Assembly: GCF_003231495.1 (NCBI RefSeq)
Contig: NZ_PQWO01000031.1
Span: 1-32,000, forward strand
Length of the DNA stretch: 32,000 nt
Source: Acaryochloris thomasi RCC1774
Lineage (GTDB): Bacteria; Cyanobacteriota; Cyanobacteriia; Thermosynechococcales; Thermosynechococcaceae
Direction of reading: 5' to 3'
The translations under genes and the position numbers were made by a program. The notes beneath the pieces were generated by a model, which saw only the letters and a list, made by a program, of their open reading frames with translations, made no database searches and was not told the DNA's origin. The stretch's first letter is position 1. Every line of letters begins with the position of its first letter. Positions 17,577 through 25,450 of this stretch are shown here, piece by piece.

Positions 17577-20435
17577 TTATTTGGAGCACTCTCGGCTGAT
17601 GACCAGTTTGCCGTCTGGCAGACGATACACGCTTTCGGGTTCAATGATGGGATCGCCGATTTGCCAGGGGGGATTGCCGTGCACTGGGGCCGTGTTTTTG
17701 TTAGTGGGGATAGTTTGGACGGTGCCGGTGGGAAGGGAGGGAGCGGCAGGGTGACCAGGGCGGGCGCGCAGGCTATCTGAACCGGTGATTATGAAGTTGC
17801 CTTGGGCGTTATTGGTGCGGACGATACAGCTATTAGCGAGCAGATCATTGGTATCGACTAGATTATCAGGGAGTTCTGTAAGGCTTTCTTCAATGGTGCT
17901 GTTATCTGGGGTGGTGATGATACCGGCAGAGATCTCGCCAGAAGCATTGATATCGACCCTGCCATTGCCATCTAGGTTGGTAAAGTTGACGATGTTGGGA
18001 GTGAAGGTGAAACTCTCGCCGATAAAGATAGGGGTGTTGAGCTCAATATTGCCACCACGACCATCTTGGGAAAAGGCGAGGATGTCACTATCACCGAAGG
18101 CAATGATGTATTTACCCGCTGATAAGGCAATATTCCCACCATCGCCAGTGCCTCTGACATCGGTCAAAATATTGCTGTTGTCAAGACGGATGGTGTTGGT
18201 GGCAGTGATACCAATCGTACCTCCAGTGGCTTGGCTTGCAGAAGTAGTGATACTGCTGTTCGACGCTTTGAGTAAGTTATGTAGATTGAGAGTGATATTG
18301 CCTGAATCAGCTTCCCCCTCAGAACTAGCACTAATTGCAGCTTGATCCTCTAGGGTCAGAGTATCCGCAGATACTTCGATGTTTCCCCCCACACCATTTG
18401 TTCCCTCTTCCGCACCGACTGAGATAAGACTATTTTCACCAGAAAGAGAAATTTCATCTTCTACAAAAATGGTGATAGCTCCTGCTGAACTGTTGCTGCC
18501 AGTAAGTGACGAGATTTTGCTACCATCCACTACAGAGAGTGTACTGGCCTCAATAAAGATTGTTCCAGCATTTCCTTCACCAAAAGTGCTAGCAGATAGT
18601 TGAGCCCCATCTTTGAGAACAAGTGACTGAGTTTTAACATTTACTTCACCCGCATTGCCTTGTCCCCGAGAGTTATTCTCACTGACGACTCCACTCCCCG
18701 CTAAGTTATTCAAACCCTCAAACAAGATAGATTCATTGGCAATTACTCTGACTGTTCCAGCATTGCCTCGACCAAAGGTGCTAGCAGAGAGGAAAGCCCC
18801 ATCCTTGAGTATAAGAGACTTGGTCTCTAGCTCTACTTCACCCGCATTTCCGCGTCCGCTAGTGTCTGAGGCTCTTGCTGCTGCGGCTCTACTTGCCCGC
18901 CCTAAGCTATCTTCTCCTTCAAACAAGACAGATTCATTGGCATATATTTTGACGGTGCCAGCGTCTCTTCCTCCGTTCGTACTAGCAGATAAAATTGCTC
19001 CATTTCTGAGAACAAGTGACTGGGTGGTAATATTAACCTCACCTGGATTCCCTTGCTCATCAGACGTTGTCTCACTAGTGACAGTGGCGCCACTTGGCGT
19101 AGGGCCCTCTGGTGTTTGATTACCATCTTCTCCCTCGAACAAAACAGATTCACTTGCGCGTACTGTTACTGTCCCAGCATTCCCTTCACCAAAAGCATTA
19201 GCCGATAGTTGAGCCCCATCTTTGAGAACAAGTGACTGGGTTTTAATATTGACTGCGCCTGCGTTTCCTTGTCCGACAGGACCAACTACGCTGGCTGCTC
19301 GACTTCCCCGTCCTTGACTATCCAACCCTTCGAGTAATACTGACTCAACAGCCTGTATTTTGACCGTGCCAGCATTGCCTCTACCAAAGGTGCTAGCAGA
19401 GAGAAAAGCTCCATTCTTAACTGTAAGAGAGTTGGCCACTACCTCCACTACACCAGCATTTCCCTGAGTACCAGGCAACACTGCGCTAGCGACTCTGGTA
19501 TTTTCTCCCTCAAGCAATACATAATCGCTTGCCTGTATTCTGACAGTGCCAGCATCCCGCTGACCAAAGTTACTCGCTTCTACTCGAGCCCCATCTGCTA
19601 GATCCACTTGATTCGCCACCAACGTTACAGACCCACCAGGTGCAACGATAGATCCTGTCTGTATAAGACTATCCCCTACCAGTCCCACAGATTGCAGCTC
19701 ATCAACCATCAAATTTCCCTCATTGATAATAGAGCCAGACTGCTGGGCTGCTTGCTCAAAAAATGAAGCCGCAGGACTCACCGACAGCAATTGACTCTGC
19801 CCTGGCTCTATTGCACTGAAAACCCCTTGTTCGCCTAGCTCGATCTCATCTGCAGTAGAGGCATAAAATGACCCCGCCAATTGCAAATCTGTATTGGGTC
19901 CAAACAAAAATCCATTGGGATTTAACAACCATAGATTGGCATCCCCTAAAACCCCCAACTGACCCAAAATATTGGAGGAATTACTGCCCGTCACCCGAGA
20001 AAGAATGTTACTTATACCTGTGGGATTCGCAAAGAAGACTCCGCGCCCTTCCCCAACATTGAATTCCTGAAAACTATGGAACAGGTTCCCACCGCGAACA
20101 GCACCACCCACAATCCGATCTGACTGACCATCAATTGGCGTCACAAAAGAGCTTTCGACTTGCAATGTTTGATCTGGCCTAACCTGTGCTCTAGCCTGAA
20201 GATTGCACACAGTGGTCATCACTGTCATAAACATCACAGCTCCACTGAATGTCCATAAGCATTGTTGAAACAGCCCTCCCTTGATCACCAAACCACTTTC
20301 ATTCACATAGGAAAGACTAAATCTTAATGGTCTACTTTTCTTAACTGAAACAGCCCAAATCTTGGAAGGCAGTATTTTCATTAGACTTCTTGCAATATCA
20401 TCATGCTGTGCTGTGTCGTACTGACCTATTCTCAC
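17577..20435 (-). CDS. Filamentous-hemagglutinin-N-terminal (TPS) domain exoprotein, beta-helical repeat protein (TpsA)
   Basis: Up to 952 aa. The TPS secretion domain is NPTGISNILSRVTG...LWLLNPNGFLFGPN. There are at least 11 GNAGTV/GNAGEV beta-helix units. The Cys-flanked C-terminal tail is NSCIVRT...DPIIEPESVYRLPDGKLVISREC. The start is uncertain: GTG at 20435 or ATG at 20381 (MKILPSK). Confidence 0.85.
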   Translation of the reverse strand: MRIGQYDTAQHDDIARSLMKILPSKIWAVSVKKSRPLRFSLSYVNESGLVIKGGLFQQCLWTFSGAVMFMTVMTTVCNLQARAQVRPDQTLQVESSFVTPIDGQSDRIVGGAVRGGNLFHSFQEFNVGEGRGVFFANPTGISNILSRVTGSNSSNILGQLGVLGDANLWLLNPNGFLFGPNTDLQLAGSFYASTADEIELGEQGVFSAIEPGQSQLLSVSPAASFFEQAAQQSGSIINEGNLMVDELQSVGLVGDSLIQTGSIVAPGGSVTLVANQVDLADGARVEASNFGQRDAGTVRIQASDYVLLEGENTRVASAVLPGTQGNAGVVEVVANSLTVKNGAFLSASTFGRGNAGTVKIQAVESVLLEGLDSQGRGSRAASVVGPVGQGNAGAVNIKTQSLVLKDGAQLSANAFGEGNAGTVTVRASESVLFEGEDGNQTPEGPTPSGATVTSETTSDEQGNPGEVNITTQSLVLRNGAILSASTNGGRDAGTVKIYANESVLFEGEDSLGRASRAAAARASDTSGRGNAGEVELETKSLILKDGAFLSASTFGRGNAGTVRVIANESILFEGLNNLAGSGVVSENNSRGQGNAGEVNVKTQSLVLKDGAQLSASTFGEGNAGTIFIEASTLSVVDGSKISSLTGSNSSAGAITIFVEDEISLSGENSLISVGAEEGTNGVGGNIEVSADTLTLEDQAAISASSEGEADSGNITLNLHNLLKASNSSITTSASQATGGTIGITATNTIRLDNSNILTDVRGTGDGGNIALSAGKYIIAFGDSDILAFSQDGRGGNIELNTPIFIGESFTFTPNIVNFTNLDGNGRVDINASGEISAGIITTPDNSTIEESLTELPDNLVDTNDLLANSCIVRTNNAQGNFIITGSDSLRARPGHPAAPSLPTGTVQTIPTNKNTAPVHGNPPWQIGDPIIEPESVYRLPDGKLVISRECSK
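18540..19460 (-). repeat. Intragenic higher-order DNA repeats within the TpsA gene (period about 610 bp)
   Basis: An exact 35-nt match GATAGTTGAGCCCCATCTTTGAGAACAAGTGACTG occurs at 18595-18629 and 19204-19238, with about 85-90% identity in the flanks. A second pair starts at 18757 and 19369 (CCAGCATTGCCTC.ACCAAAGGTGCTAGCAGAGAG). A third, more diverged copy lies near 18990-19040. Confidence 0.8.
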
Positions 20436-20575
20436 ATCCCTTAAACCGCCAAAGTCGGTACTATCAGTTTTACAACTTGTCGAACTTAATCAGCAAAGCT
20501 TCTATTGCACTTCCGATGTATAGTTTATGCCTTCTGTAGATCAATGGCACTGACTTAAGAAGTTAGAAAAAGGCT

Positions 20576-20608
20576 GCAAGTCTTGACAGTTACAGAATCA
20601 AGACTTGC
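20576..20608 (-). terminator. Perfect 11-bp stem hairpin, candidate minus-strand terminator
   Basis: GCAAGTCTTGA (20576-20586) pairs with TCAAGACTTGC (20598-20608), with an 11-nt loop. On the minus strand it is followed by AGCC then TTTTT. It lies just outside the left end of the nested IS. Confidence 0.4.
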
Positions 20609-21747
20609 AATCCATAAATAATCTACCTTCCACTATGTCTGAGCCTGGTTCTAACGGAATCTGGGGTCTATCAGAATATGTACCTACTTTGGTCTTCAAG
20701 GATCTGATGCTTCTTTCACTGTAGAGTCTTTTAGCACTCTCTCAGCGAAGGAAAATATAGCAAGCATGGCAGCCTCAACTCGCGGAGATCACACGATCTG
20801 TCTACCCTTCGACAATGAAACTCAATATCGTGAGCTTGTGCAAGATGCTCTGGGCTTCAGACTCCATCTGAGTCAGACTTTGACTACTCACCCGGAACTA
20901 TTCCCTAAAGAGATGGAGGCAGGCTTTCGGTTCCATGATTTCATCTACTCCTTCAAACAAGATCTGACCCTGCGTCGCATCAAGCTGACTGCCACTGGAG
21001 ACATCTATCAGCTCCGACCGGATTTCATGATGCCCTACATGGTCGGTAAGACCCATGAAATGGAGAAAGCCCTTTACCTGTGCCGGTTTGCGGTTCCCTT
21101 CGATGCCATCGTCTATGTCTTAGGCCGCAACGCAATGTACTGGTATCGGGCTTACATCTCTCTGGGACGGCCTTCCATTGTCGGAACGACGATCAAAGAT
21201 CTCAAGCTGCTACCAAGAAACCTGGTTGTCGATGAAAAACATAGCTGGCTCAAAGGAGAGAAAGTCTTTCTACCCACCACTGTCGCCAACGGTTGTATCC
21301 TAGGTGTTAGTGTCACAGATTCAGCAAGTCCGAAAGCTCTGACAGAAGGCTGTCGCGAGTTTCACCAAGAAGCACTGAACCTAGATCCGGCCTATGCTCC
21401 CCACACTGTTAATCATGACGGCTGGCCCGCGACACAGACAGCAATGAAAGCGATCTTCCCCACCGTAACCTTGATCCTGTGCTTTCTCCATTCGGTGTTG
21501 AAGATACAAAAAAGCTGTCGTCGGACGCCAGAGATCTGGAAGCGCCTGACAGGAATGCTTTGGGCCGCGTATAAGCAACCCAATAAGACTCGATTTCAGA
21601 AGGGGTTGCGTCAATTACAAAAATGGACCAAAGAGAATGTCACTTCCCCGCACCTCCGCATATAAGTGTTCAAGGCCTGTCGTAAGGCGACGAAGTTTAA
21701 GGTGGCCTATGCCTATCCAAAAGCCTACCGAACCAGTAACGAAGTAG

Positions 21748-22942
21748 CAGGGTTATTTCATTCTAAATAAAGTGACGAGAACATCCAGCCCTTGTCCAGC
21801 TCTTCGTTGTGCCTGTGCCATATTGTCAAAGTCATTGTGACGATACAGGTTGAGCGCCAAATTACGTGCTAGAGCAAAGATGTTGGGTAGTGGCTGTACC
21901 CGTATTCGAGAATTGTCCTCGCCCTGAGTAACATCTCGAACATGATGGACCTTATTCTCCACATGCCAATAGTCCCGAATGCGTCGTGAAAATTGTTGAG
22001 CTGTTTCCTCTAGGGAGCTGATGTAATAGCGAGTTGTGGGCTTGTTGATGATCAGATATTTTCCTTTGAGCAGATGACGATAGCTAACGACTCGAATAAT
22101 AGTCTTCAGTCCAGCCCATTGCTGTGCCTCTGAAAAGAGTTCAATCGAACGGCAGATACTGACGCTGCGCCGTTCAACGCGACCATGTCCTCTCTCAACG
22201 CTGTCAACGCGCTCTTGGGGCTGAAAGTGCCGCTTGATGGCTTTGAAGAAGTTACCGTGATTACCTTTGACTGCTCCTAAATAGTGATTGCCTGAATCAA
22301 TGATTGCCTGACATGTTTTTTTGGGTGTTGAGCGCATCAAAAGCAAAGACGACGCCCCGTTGCGCTAAAGCCTGCAGCACAGGCGGAAAGGCTGTTATTT
22401 CATTGCTTTTCTTGTCCACTGGTTGAATCGGCAAAATCAGGCCGCGTTCGACGATATACACGGTGACCAATTGAATGGCCCGATGTGATTCACTCGTACT
22501 CGCCGGAGTCTCTACATTGTAAGAACCGCGCAACACCTTCCCCTCAAATGCTAGTGTTTCGCCAGACAATGGTTCAATCTCAAAGAAGCTGGCTAGACAA
22601 GCACTATAGGCTTTGTAATCGAGGTCTAACAACACTCGACGAATGGTGCTGTAGGACGGAAGCCGGTCTTTGGCTGGCTCAAATAAGGCCAACAGGTCGG
22701 CTCGATAGCTTTTAAGCCAATCACTGATGGCGATAAAGCCACGACAGCCTGCAGTAACCGATAGGGTGAACAAGGCTAAGCACAGAGGCTGGTTATGGCG
22801 ACGACCGGCTCCGCGACGGTGGTCGGGTAAATCTTTGAAGGCATCTATGATGGCTAAGGTGCTCATGGTTAAAGGAAAATTCGTCCACAACACCATGACT
22901 ATAAAGCCAGCTCATGAACTTGGCTAGAATGAAATAACCCTG
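21748..22942 (-). mobile_element. ISAs1-family insertion sequence (1195 bp)
   Basis: Perfect 18-bp inverted repeats: CAGGGTTATTTCATTCTA at 21748-21765 and its reverse complement at 22925-22942. It is flanked by the 10-bp direct target duplication AACGAAGTAG (21738-21747 and 22943-22952). Confidence 0.9.
21753..22896 (-). pseudogene. ISAs1-family (H-repeat-associated type) transposase split by a frameshift in a homopolymer
   Basis: The ORFs 22297-22896 (N-terminal, DLPDHRRGAGRRH motif) and 21753-22346 (C-terminal) overlap by 50 nt. The frame change maps to the A7 run (T7 on the plus strand, 22316-22322). The reading switches from DALNTQKNMSGNH* to ..TPKKTCQAIIDSGNHYLGAVKGN. Confidence 0.75.
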
Positions 22943-23312
22943 AACGAAGTAGACAGGTTGATGAATCATCAAAATCGTCAACTCTATTCTATGCAATACT
23001 TTCACGGGAAAATCGATTCAGCTCGTCAATCAATGAGAGCAATGGCTTTAGTGTGGAACTTTCATCCCTACGGAACCAAGACCAGAGATGAAGTAAAGGG
23101 GCGGCTCTCGCCATTTCAAGATCTCAATGGGTTTAGCTATCACGAAAACTGGCTGAACAACTTATCGATCAGTATGTCGATGAATGGCCGTAGTTAGGTG
23201 CTTTCAGGTGACCCCAGAAACCGTTAGAACGAGGTTTAGGTCAAGACTTATGCTGTTCTTCGCTAAGCTGGTTCAAGATTCCGAGCGCAACAATCCTTGG
23301 AAGCGTAATAAA

Positions 23313-23624
23313 TCAACTTGTTACTGATTCTACTTCAATATGCTTGAAGCTATTGAGAATAGATTCTGAATCGTAATTTTCGATGCCATGATATTCTCCT
23401 TGTCGATTTGGCACCCCCACCTCAATCCTCCCCCCATAGAAGCGATCACCCTGCGACTCCAAGCAAAACCCTCCGAACAACAGCCCCAGCCACAATCGTC
23501 CCAAAGATAACCCCAAGCCTTCCTGCAGCTCAACTAAAGACACCTGTTGAACATCATCATCCAGATACGCCCGGATCGCATCGACCCAATCCACCACGCC
23601 CTCTAATCCACTATTGCTCGACAA
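23313..23624 (-). CDS. Small protein paralogous to the C-terminal domain of the 213-aa acidic protein
   Basis: About 92-103 aa. WVDAIRAYL...LSLGRLWLGLLFGGFCLESQGDRFYGG aligns with WVDAIAKVL...LSIGRLWLGLLLGGFDLQQVGEFYSF of ORF 24149-24790. The start is uncertain: TTG at 23624, or GTG about 23594-23597 after GAGGG. Confidence 0.6.
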   Translation of the reverse strand: MSSNSGLEGVVDWVDAIRAYLDDDVQQVSLVELQEGLGLSLGRLWLGLLFGGFCLESQGDRFYGGRIEVGVPNRQGEYHGIENYDSESILNSFKHIEVESVTS

Positions 23625-24148
23625 ACCTCTAGACGCATGAACAATGGCTCTCGAATTCCAGCTTCATTTGTATTCATCGCTGGCAGATGACCAACAGGAG
23701 ACGAGTCCTCAAAGGATAATTGATGGTACAAAAGAATCTTTCCATCTTTCATCCACCCGACACGCTCACGAAAGGTGCGATAGCTTTTGTAGTCAAAGGT
23801 TCCGTCAATGGTGTTACCTGTTTCAACATATAGTCGCTTCTGAACAGTAAACCCAAACCGTCCTTGGCTGTGGGTCGCCCACATCTGTTCGATTCTATTT
23901 AGATCTTTGCAAGGAAAGCTCTCGAACTTCACTCTCGATAGGTAACCGTTGGGCGAAAGAAATCCACCGGAACGCCTTGGACCCACCTTATAAAATAGTT
24001 GCTTGGTCAACTGGTCAGCCTGACGCCAGTTACCACTGGCTAGATGCTTCTCTAATTGCTGATATTCAGGTTCATAGCGATTGCAGCCCCATATTCCCAA
24101 ACTCAAGAGTAGGATAAACGACAATCCATGACGATAGGGCCAATTCAC
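23603..24148 (-). CDS. GUN4-like domain protein, probable lipoprotein
   Basis: 181 aa. The signal/lipobox-like N-terminus is MNWPYRHGLSFILLLSLGIWGC. The GUN4-type pattern is GNWRQADQLT...FPCKDLNRIEQMWATHSQGRFGFTVQ. The GTG start directly abuts the stop of the upstream gene. Confidence 0.7.
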   Translation of the reverse strand: MNWPYRHGLSFILLLSLGIWGCNRYEPEYQQLEKHLASGNWRQADQLTKQLFYKVGPRRSGGFLSPNGYLSRVKFESFPCKDLNRIEQMWATHSQGRFGFTVQKRLYVETGNTIDGTFDYKSYRTFRERVGWMKDGKILLYHQLSFEDSSPVGHLPAMNTNEAGIREPLFMRLEVCRAIVD

Positions 24149-24790
24149 TTACTTCACCATGATGTCGAAACTATAAAACTCGCCAACTTGCTGCAAATCA
24201 AAGCCGCCTAGCAATAATCCTAACCAGAGTCGCCCGATTGATAGCTCCAACTTCTCTTTCAACTGAACAAGAACCAGTCCATCTTTTGCCTGCAGAACCT
24301 TTGCGATCGCATCCACCCAAGCCCCCACATCTTCTTCTTCGATCACAGCAAACACCTCTTCCGGCTCAGGCTCAGGCAAAGGATCACCTACGCCCAGCTC
24401 CTGCAACAAAGCTTCCTGATCATCAACCTCAGCAAAGAACTCTTCAGCTTTAGGAAAAGTCCGGCGAGTGGTCGGCTCCCGCTCAGCCACCAGCCCGTCA
24501 TCACAATCCATGTAACGACGCACCAAGCCGTCATCAATGTCATAGATTGGCCCTTCCAGGCTATGCGAGTCGTGCCAACCCTCCAGCAAGACATCAGCCC
24601 GCAAACCGTAATACTCTGAGATCTGCAAGAACACGTCTCCCGCGATCGCAAGCTGCTGAGCTGGGGGCAACTCATCCAGCTCCCAGATCAGATCCAAGCT
24701 GGGCAGCAAAGCTGAGACTGAACTCTCTTCAGGATCTTGCTCTGCCGTCTCAATCTGTAACTGTAGATCCAGCTCAAGTTGAAGCATCAT
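24149..24790 (-). CDS. Highly acidic hypothetical protein with a C-terminal domain shared with ORF 23313-23624
   Basis: 213 aa. A GAGGTGA SD precedes the start. It is rich in D/E and has an LPEPEPEE linker. The C-terminal ~60 aa domain is paralogous to the small downstream ORF. Confidence 0.65.
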   Translation of the reverse strand: MMLQLELDLQLQIETAEQDPEESSVSALLPSLDLIWELDELPPAQQLAIAGDVFLQISEYYGLRADVLLEGWHDSHSLEGPIYDIDDGLVRRYMDCDDGLVAEREPTTRRTFPKAEEFFAEVDDQEALLQELGVGDPLPEPEPEEVFAVIEEEDVGAWVDAIAKVLQAKDGLVLVQLKEKLELSIGRLWLGLLLGGFDLQQVGEFYSFDIMVK

Positions 24791-24795
24791 TCACC

Positions 24796-25275
24796 TCAAG
24801 GACACAGCGGACAGGGGCGCACTGGACACTCGCTCGGATGTATATCCATCTCATCTTCAAACTGCAGGAGCACGCCCCCCACCAAATCACCCGAGAAACT
24901 TTTGAGCACCCTCAGCGAATGCCGTGTCACATCTGCCTTTTTCCAGCCCAGCGTATGCACGGGTTCCTCAATCCTCACCCGCTCTTGGCCTACCCAGAGG
25001 TCAAACTGAATGGCATGGACCGGCGCATCCACTCGCTCACGATAGAAATAGCGGTAGGCCGCAGGTTTGATGGGAGGCTCCACCGTCTGCTCAGGAATGA
25101 CTTTTCCCGTCTCCACTGCATACAGATCGCGTCGTTCTCGATTCCGGCGATCGCGGCGGCGATAGGAAGCCCGACGCACATGGCACTTCTGCCCAACCCA
25201 GCACTCTTTTGCTTTGGCTACGTCAACGCCCTGCTTGGCACAGCGACGGCATTTCTCGTTGGCCTTCCTGGGCAT
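24796..25275 (-). CDS. Hypothetical Cys-cluster / Arg-rich protein (possible zinc-ribbon nucleic-acid binder)
   Basis: 159 aa. A GGAGGG SD precedes the ATG. The N-terminus has CRRC...C...C-H, followed by RRASYRRRDRRNRERR. The C-terminus is CPVRPCPLCP. It is the first gene of a four-gene cluster with gaps of 5 bp or less. Confidence 0.6.
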   Translation of the reverse strand: MPRKANEKCRRCAKQGVDVAKAKECWVGQKCHVRRASYRRRDRRNRERRDLYAVETGKVIPEQTVEPPIKPAAYRYFYRERVDAPVHAIQFDLWVGQERVRIEEPVHTLGWKKADVTRHSLRVLKSFSGDLVGGVLLQFEDEMDIHPSECPVRPCPLCP

Positions 25276-25332
25276 CGAACACCCTCCAGTAGGAAGTTAC
25301 AGAATCAAGCACAGGCTAACATGGCTTATTAG

Positions 25333-25362
25333 GCAAAGTATAGTCAAAGTTTGTCAAAGCCT
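25333..25362. promoter_or_regulatory. Three 10-bp-phased CAAAG repeats in the divergent intergenic region
   Basis: GCAAAGTATA GTCAAAGTTT GTCAAAGCCT lies between the start of the four-gene operon (25275) and the recombinase gene (25491). Confidence 0.35.
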
Positions 25363-25450
25363 TGATTATGACCGAGATCCATCAGCTTCGCTTATCATTT
25401 CCAGCCTCTACCGACATCAACTCACCACGACATCAGGTTTTAAGTACACT

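Larger units (their letters stand above)
20766..23197 (+). pseudogene. DDE-type transposase of the host IS, inactivated by an in-frame TAA (21663-21665) and by the ISAs1 insertion
   Basis: The frame continues after the TAA as VFKACRKATKFKVAYAYPKAYRTSNEV. Removing 21748-22952 joins this to DRLMNHQNRQLYSMQYFHG...WNFHPYG in frame, giving about 408 codons in total. Confidence 0.65.
20644..23234 (+). mobile_element. Host IS element (family unresolved, about 1.39 kb without the insert) disrupted by a nested ISAs1-family element
   Basis: Imperfect 25-bp terminal inverted repeats: CCTGGTTCTAACGGAATCTGGGGTC (20644-20668) against the reverse complement of 23210-23234, CCTCGTTCTAACGGTTTCTGGGGTC (22/25). 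They enclose a single split transposase gene. No target duplication was detected. Confidence 0.6.

Noticed and set aside
17785-19119. Plus-strand ORFs of 186, 74 and 154 aa inside the TpsA gene
   Set aside because: These are antisense frames kept open by the repetitive, codon-biased beta-helix repeats. They are Ser/Pro/Leu-rich with no starts supported by an RBS.
18380-19640. Regularly spaced repeats that could superficially suggest a CRISPR-like array
   Set aside because: The repeats are in-frame coding units of a beta-helix protein. The sequences between them are homologous to one another rather than unique. There is no leader and no cas genes.
24547-25332. 261-aa plus-strand ORF
   Set aside because: It runs antisense across the boundary of two well-supported minus-strand genes that have SDs and tight coupling. 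Its composition is Pro/Arg/Ala-rich, which is typical of antisense frames.
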